Below are positions 40,570 to 44,335 of a DNA stretch of 44,335 nucleotides, one piece after another (position 1 is the first letter of the stretch; every line of letters begins with the position of its first letter). The DNA comes from Basidiobolus ranarum (lineage: Eukaryota). The stretch covers positions 1 through 44,335 of the forward strand of contig JASJQH010006906.1 of the NCBI GenBank assembly GCA_040143965.1, read 5' to 3'. The notes under the pieces were generated by a model. It searched no databases and was not told where the DNA came from. It saw nothing but the letters and a program-made list of their open reading frames with translations. A program made the translations under genes and the position numbers.

Positions 40570-43500
40570 ATGGAATCGCATCCTTACAAACATATTAATT
40601 CAACAAACACCGATTCAGACGACGACAGTATCCATCAACGTACTCCAACCAGAGCTTCATTAAAATCTGAGTCAGTGATTTCCAACAAGAAAGGAATCAA
40701 CCAACATTCAGAAAGCAAACACAAAACAAGTACTCGTATTGATATTTCCAAAGACAAGAACCGTTCCGAAAATACTGGGTAATTTTTTAGGAAATCTTTT
40801 TTCAAATATCCCTTTCTTTTGGAATTATTTGGGAAATTTGTTAGTCAATATTCACTTCTTTCTCATCTCATTGGGTTTTTTTGAAGGCAAATCACTTCCA
40901 GTGCTAGGTTTAGGAAACAATTAAAAGAGAAAACAAAGTTCATTGTTTCACCTAAAGAGATTGAAAATCTCGAAGTAAAAATGTATTTCTTGGATCAACT
41001 ACATTTATTTCAAATTCTTTCACTAACTTTTGTTTTTACTTCTATATCTGTATGTATAGAAACTCTCGTCCGGAAAAAACGAAGAAATCATCCAATATCC
41101 CACGTAACAGAGAGGACTTGTTTAGCGATAAAACAAATATAGAGACATCGAGAAAGAGAAAGAGTAATTACACTTCACATAATTTTAGGGAAACTTTTTC
41201 GGAAATCAAGAAATCTCGTCAAGATATGCAGAATCAAGAGAGGTATATCTTATTTCGTTTTTGAGTTGTTTGCTTTCGTAATTGAGTAATACTTATTTCT
41301 TTGTAGCGAGGGTAGTAAAAGACAATCGGATAAAGTCACAGAAACTAAATCTGAGAATGATAAATCAAATTCATCCAAACGATCCAGTCTTAGTGCCCCA
41401 GAAAGTAATAAGCAACGCTCGAGTTCACCGGTGATCGACTCCAATGTTGTTGATAATCCTGAGTTAGCCATGTATGGTGATCTTTCTGATGGATTGGATA
41501 TCGAAGAAACCTCAGGAAACGAATACGGAGACTATCCTGAGGAGGGCTTCGACGATCTTCATGAAGAAGGGATGGAGTTTGATGAAGCCGATGATTTCGA
41601 TGATCTTGATGAGCATGATGAAGAGGATGAGGAAGATGATGATGACGAAGATGACTACGAAGATGAGGAGCTCACAGGGACTGGCGAGTTCGAAAGCTCG
41701 TTCAGTGGACTAGCCGGACTTCGTGGCCTTGGTGGTATCATGAGCGGAGGTTTGTTATATTATCAGAAGTGTAGTTTTTCAAACTCTGGAAAACCATGCT
41801 AATATCATTTCGATTCAATAGTTTCAGCAAGATTGAAGTCAATTCTTGGCCACTTGAGATGTTATCAAGAGCCTTCCATTCAGCTTATTGCATTACAAGA
41901 GCTCGCTGAAATCCTCTCTGTAGCTACAGAAGACACTCTAACTGGCTATTTTTCTTGCGACCCATTCGTCAAAGAGTTGGTAAATCTTATGAAGGGAAGT
42001 GAATTTAGCTTTGGCGAAGAGAGCCCTGAAATTATGCTTCTGGCATGCCGTTGTTTATCCAATTTAATGGAAGCTTTACCAAGTGCGGTTGGCAGTGTTG
42101 TATATAATGGTGCTATTCCCGTCCTCTGCTCTAAACTTATGGAGATTCAGTACATTGATCTAGCGGAGCAAGCCTTAAGTACCTTGGAAAAAATTTCTGC
42201 TGAATACCCGACTTCGGTTGTTCGAGAGGGTGGATTACTTGCAGTGCTTATGTATCTCGATTTCTTCTCTACCAATGTCCAGCGTACAGCAGTAACAACA
42301 GCTGCAAACTGCTCTCGAAACGTACCCAATGAATGTTTCGACATGATAAAAGAAGTGGTTCCTATCCTTGAGCGTTTGCTTTCTTACTCTGACCAAAAGG
42401 TTGTAGATCAAGCTTGCTTAGCCTTGGTTCGTCTTGTCGAAAGCTTCAAGTACAATACTGAGCATTTGGAGTCCATTGTTTCGAAGGATTTGGCTCAAAA
42501 CATTCTCAATCTCATATCCTCTTCCACAACCAGCGTAGTCAGCCCATATCTTTACACCCAGCTTTTGACTCTTCTACGTCATTCTGCTAAAGGATCATCC
42601 AAACTTGCATTCGAACTATTGGGCAATAATATTGTTGAAATCTTGTACCAAGTTTTAACTGGTAGCGTTTATAGCAAGAGTGAGCCAAATCATCTAGGAG
42701 ACGACTCAGTAGCCCTCACCAAGTTAGTTAATCGTCCTGGCGATCAAGTTTGGGAGGCCCTGGGTGTGGCAATTGAATTGCTACCACCCTTACCGAAAGA
42801 TGGAGTGTTCACATCAGAGAACAATAATCCCGATATTACCAAGACTAGTTCTGATTCTGACCCCGATTTGCGCACGGATCTTTTGAAGAAAAATCCAGCA
42901 GTAATGGCCAAATTTACTGAAGTACTTCTGCCCACATTCATAGAAGTATTTTCTTCTACTGTTGTCACCCAAGTACGTCTTCGTGTAGTAGCAGCTTTGC
43001 TCAAAACTGTCTTTTACGCGGATGTCGAAGTTTTAACGAATATCCTAAAAAGCGTACCTTTTGCTGGGTTTGTCGCGGCTATCCTTTCTCGTCAAGATCA
43101 CCCGATGTTAGTGGTAGGAGCTGTTCAGCTTGCTGAATTGCTCATGGCTAAATTACCTGACCTATATCATTTGTTATTCTATCGCGAAGGTGTCATGAAT
43201 GAGATCTTAAAGCTTTCGGATAATACCAACGTTCCAGAATCACCAAATGAGACATCGGAACATTCGATGCCAGAAGAAAAGCTCGATGAATTATTTGGAG
43301 AGTCGAGCAAATCCAACAAGGATGAAGATGGCAAATTGAAGGAGTCAAATGAAGACAATGAACATTTGGATTCAAACCATAAAGAAGCGGAGTGTTCTAC
43401 ATCAGATGCCCCACAAAATCCACGTACACCGGTAAAAGATTCCAAGACCTCCAGTGAGTTCGAAAGGACTCCATCTGCAGGAATGAGACTGATTGAAAAG

Positions 43501-44335
43501 TTTGCTATGAGTCTTGGGTCTAAAAATCTTAGCAGCGCTTTAACTAGAGTTGAAAGAGAGAATGGAATTAGTGACGTTCGAAAGTGGATTTTCCAAAAGT
43601 CTATGGAATTCAGAACCAAGTACATTGATGTTGAAGAACAAGATGAAGATAGTCAGAATATCATTCAATCCGCACATAAGATTATGTCCGATCTAACGGA
43701 GCTAGCATCAAAACTTAAAGGGGATGACAGTGATCCTCTCGCTCTTGACACGCTGGTAAACTTGACCAAGTTTTTGAAAACTCCCGACGAGTCGGCTACT
43801 TCTTTCGAGTTCCTTCAAAGTGGACTGATGGAGAACTTGTTGGAGTACTTGACTAATCCTCATTACTCTTCTGCAGATCTTTCAAAGAGACAATTAGCTT
43901 TCCTTCATGTTTTCGTTGGAGGTCCTCATCCTTCGTTTAAAGAAGTCGACCAAGCCAAAATCATCAGTAGCGAACCCAAGATAGCGGCTTTCCCAGTCTT
44001 GGTGAAAAAGTTACAACAATCATTGACTCAACTAGAACCTTTTGAAGTGGTGACATCTTACCAGAGTCCACTTGATGAGGTCAGGAACTCTACCTCGATG
44101 CTTGCTAAGCAAATCAAACTTAAACTTATACCCGAAGAAGGGTTGGAAGTTCCCACCAGTTATTCAAATTTGGTGGTTTCGATCCATGCAATTGCTACAT
44201 TTAAAGCTTTAGATGATTATCTTAAACCTAGAGTTGCTTTTGCTTCTTCATCCTCTAGATTGGGTGAAAGACTTTCCTCTTCTCGTCTGGCGAACGCCTT
44301 CGCAGCTTTTGCCGCGGCCGCTGGGCTTAGTGGTG
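40570..44335 (+). CDS. Ufd4/TRIP12-like E3 ubiquitin ligase, 5' part (ARM repeats; HECT domain expected beyond the window)
   Basis: Low-complexity and acidic N-terminal exons, then from ~41821 LQELAEILSVATED, EIMLLACRCLSNLMEALP, LCSKLMEIQYIDLAEQAL, YLDFFSTNVQRTA, FYREGV, TSFEFLQSGL, VSIHAIAT. N-terminal exon structure is uncertain. Confidence 0.9.

Noticed and set aside
42147-43625. Several minus-strand ORFs
   Set aside because: Antisense to the long Ufd4/TRIP12-like exon, which is missing from the ORF track because it runs off the window.

Overview
Gene-dense, AT-rich eukaryotic DNA with many short (~60-80 nt) GT-AG introns. Gene content and intron style suggest an early-diverging fungus (Zoopagomycota/Mucoromycota-like; inference only). 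About 16 protein-coding genes are present: a PHIP/BRWD WD40-bromodomain gene (3' end outside the window), an orphan coiled-coil protein, DIP2/Cmr2, DDX42, a RasGEF-domain protein, a predicted mitochondrial-porin-type beta-barrel, 3-phosphoglycerate dehydrogenase, a hypothetical protein, a run of five intronless genes (LITAF-like, GH20 hexosaminidase, Pho80/Pcl cyclin, Old Yellow Enzyme, HGSNAT/NagX-like), mRNA cap methyltransferase, AP-2 mu and a Ufd4/TRIP12-like ligase (3' end outside the window). Most notable: (1) a 139-bp inverted repeat at 27026-27447 that reads as two head-to-head U13/snR45-type C/D snoRNA genes (18S rRNA ac4C guides) with mirror-positioned promoter elements; (2) a fungal beta-barrel resembling the plant mitochondrial protein OM47; (3) a GH20 plus HGSNAT-like pair that may recycle glucosamine polymers; (4) a probable 2-nt micro-exon. 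All gene models were spliced by eye and no searches were run.
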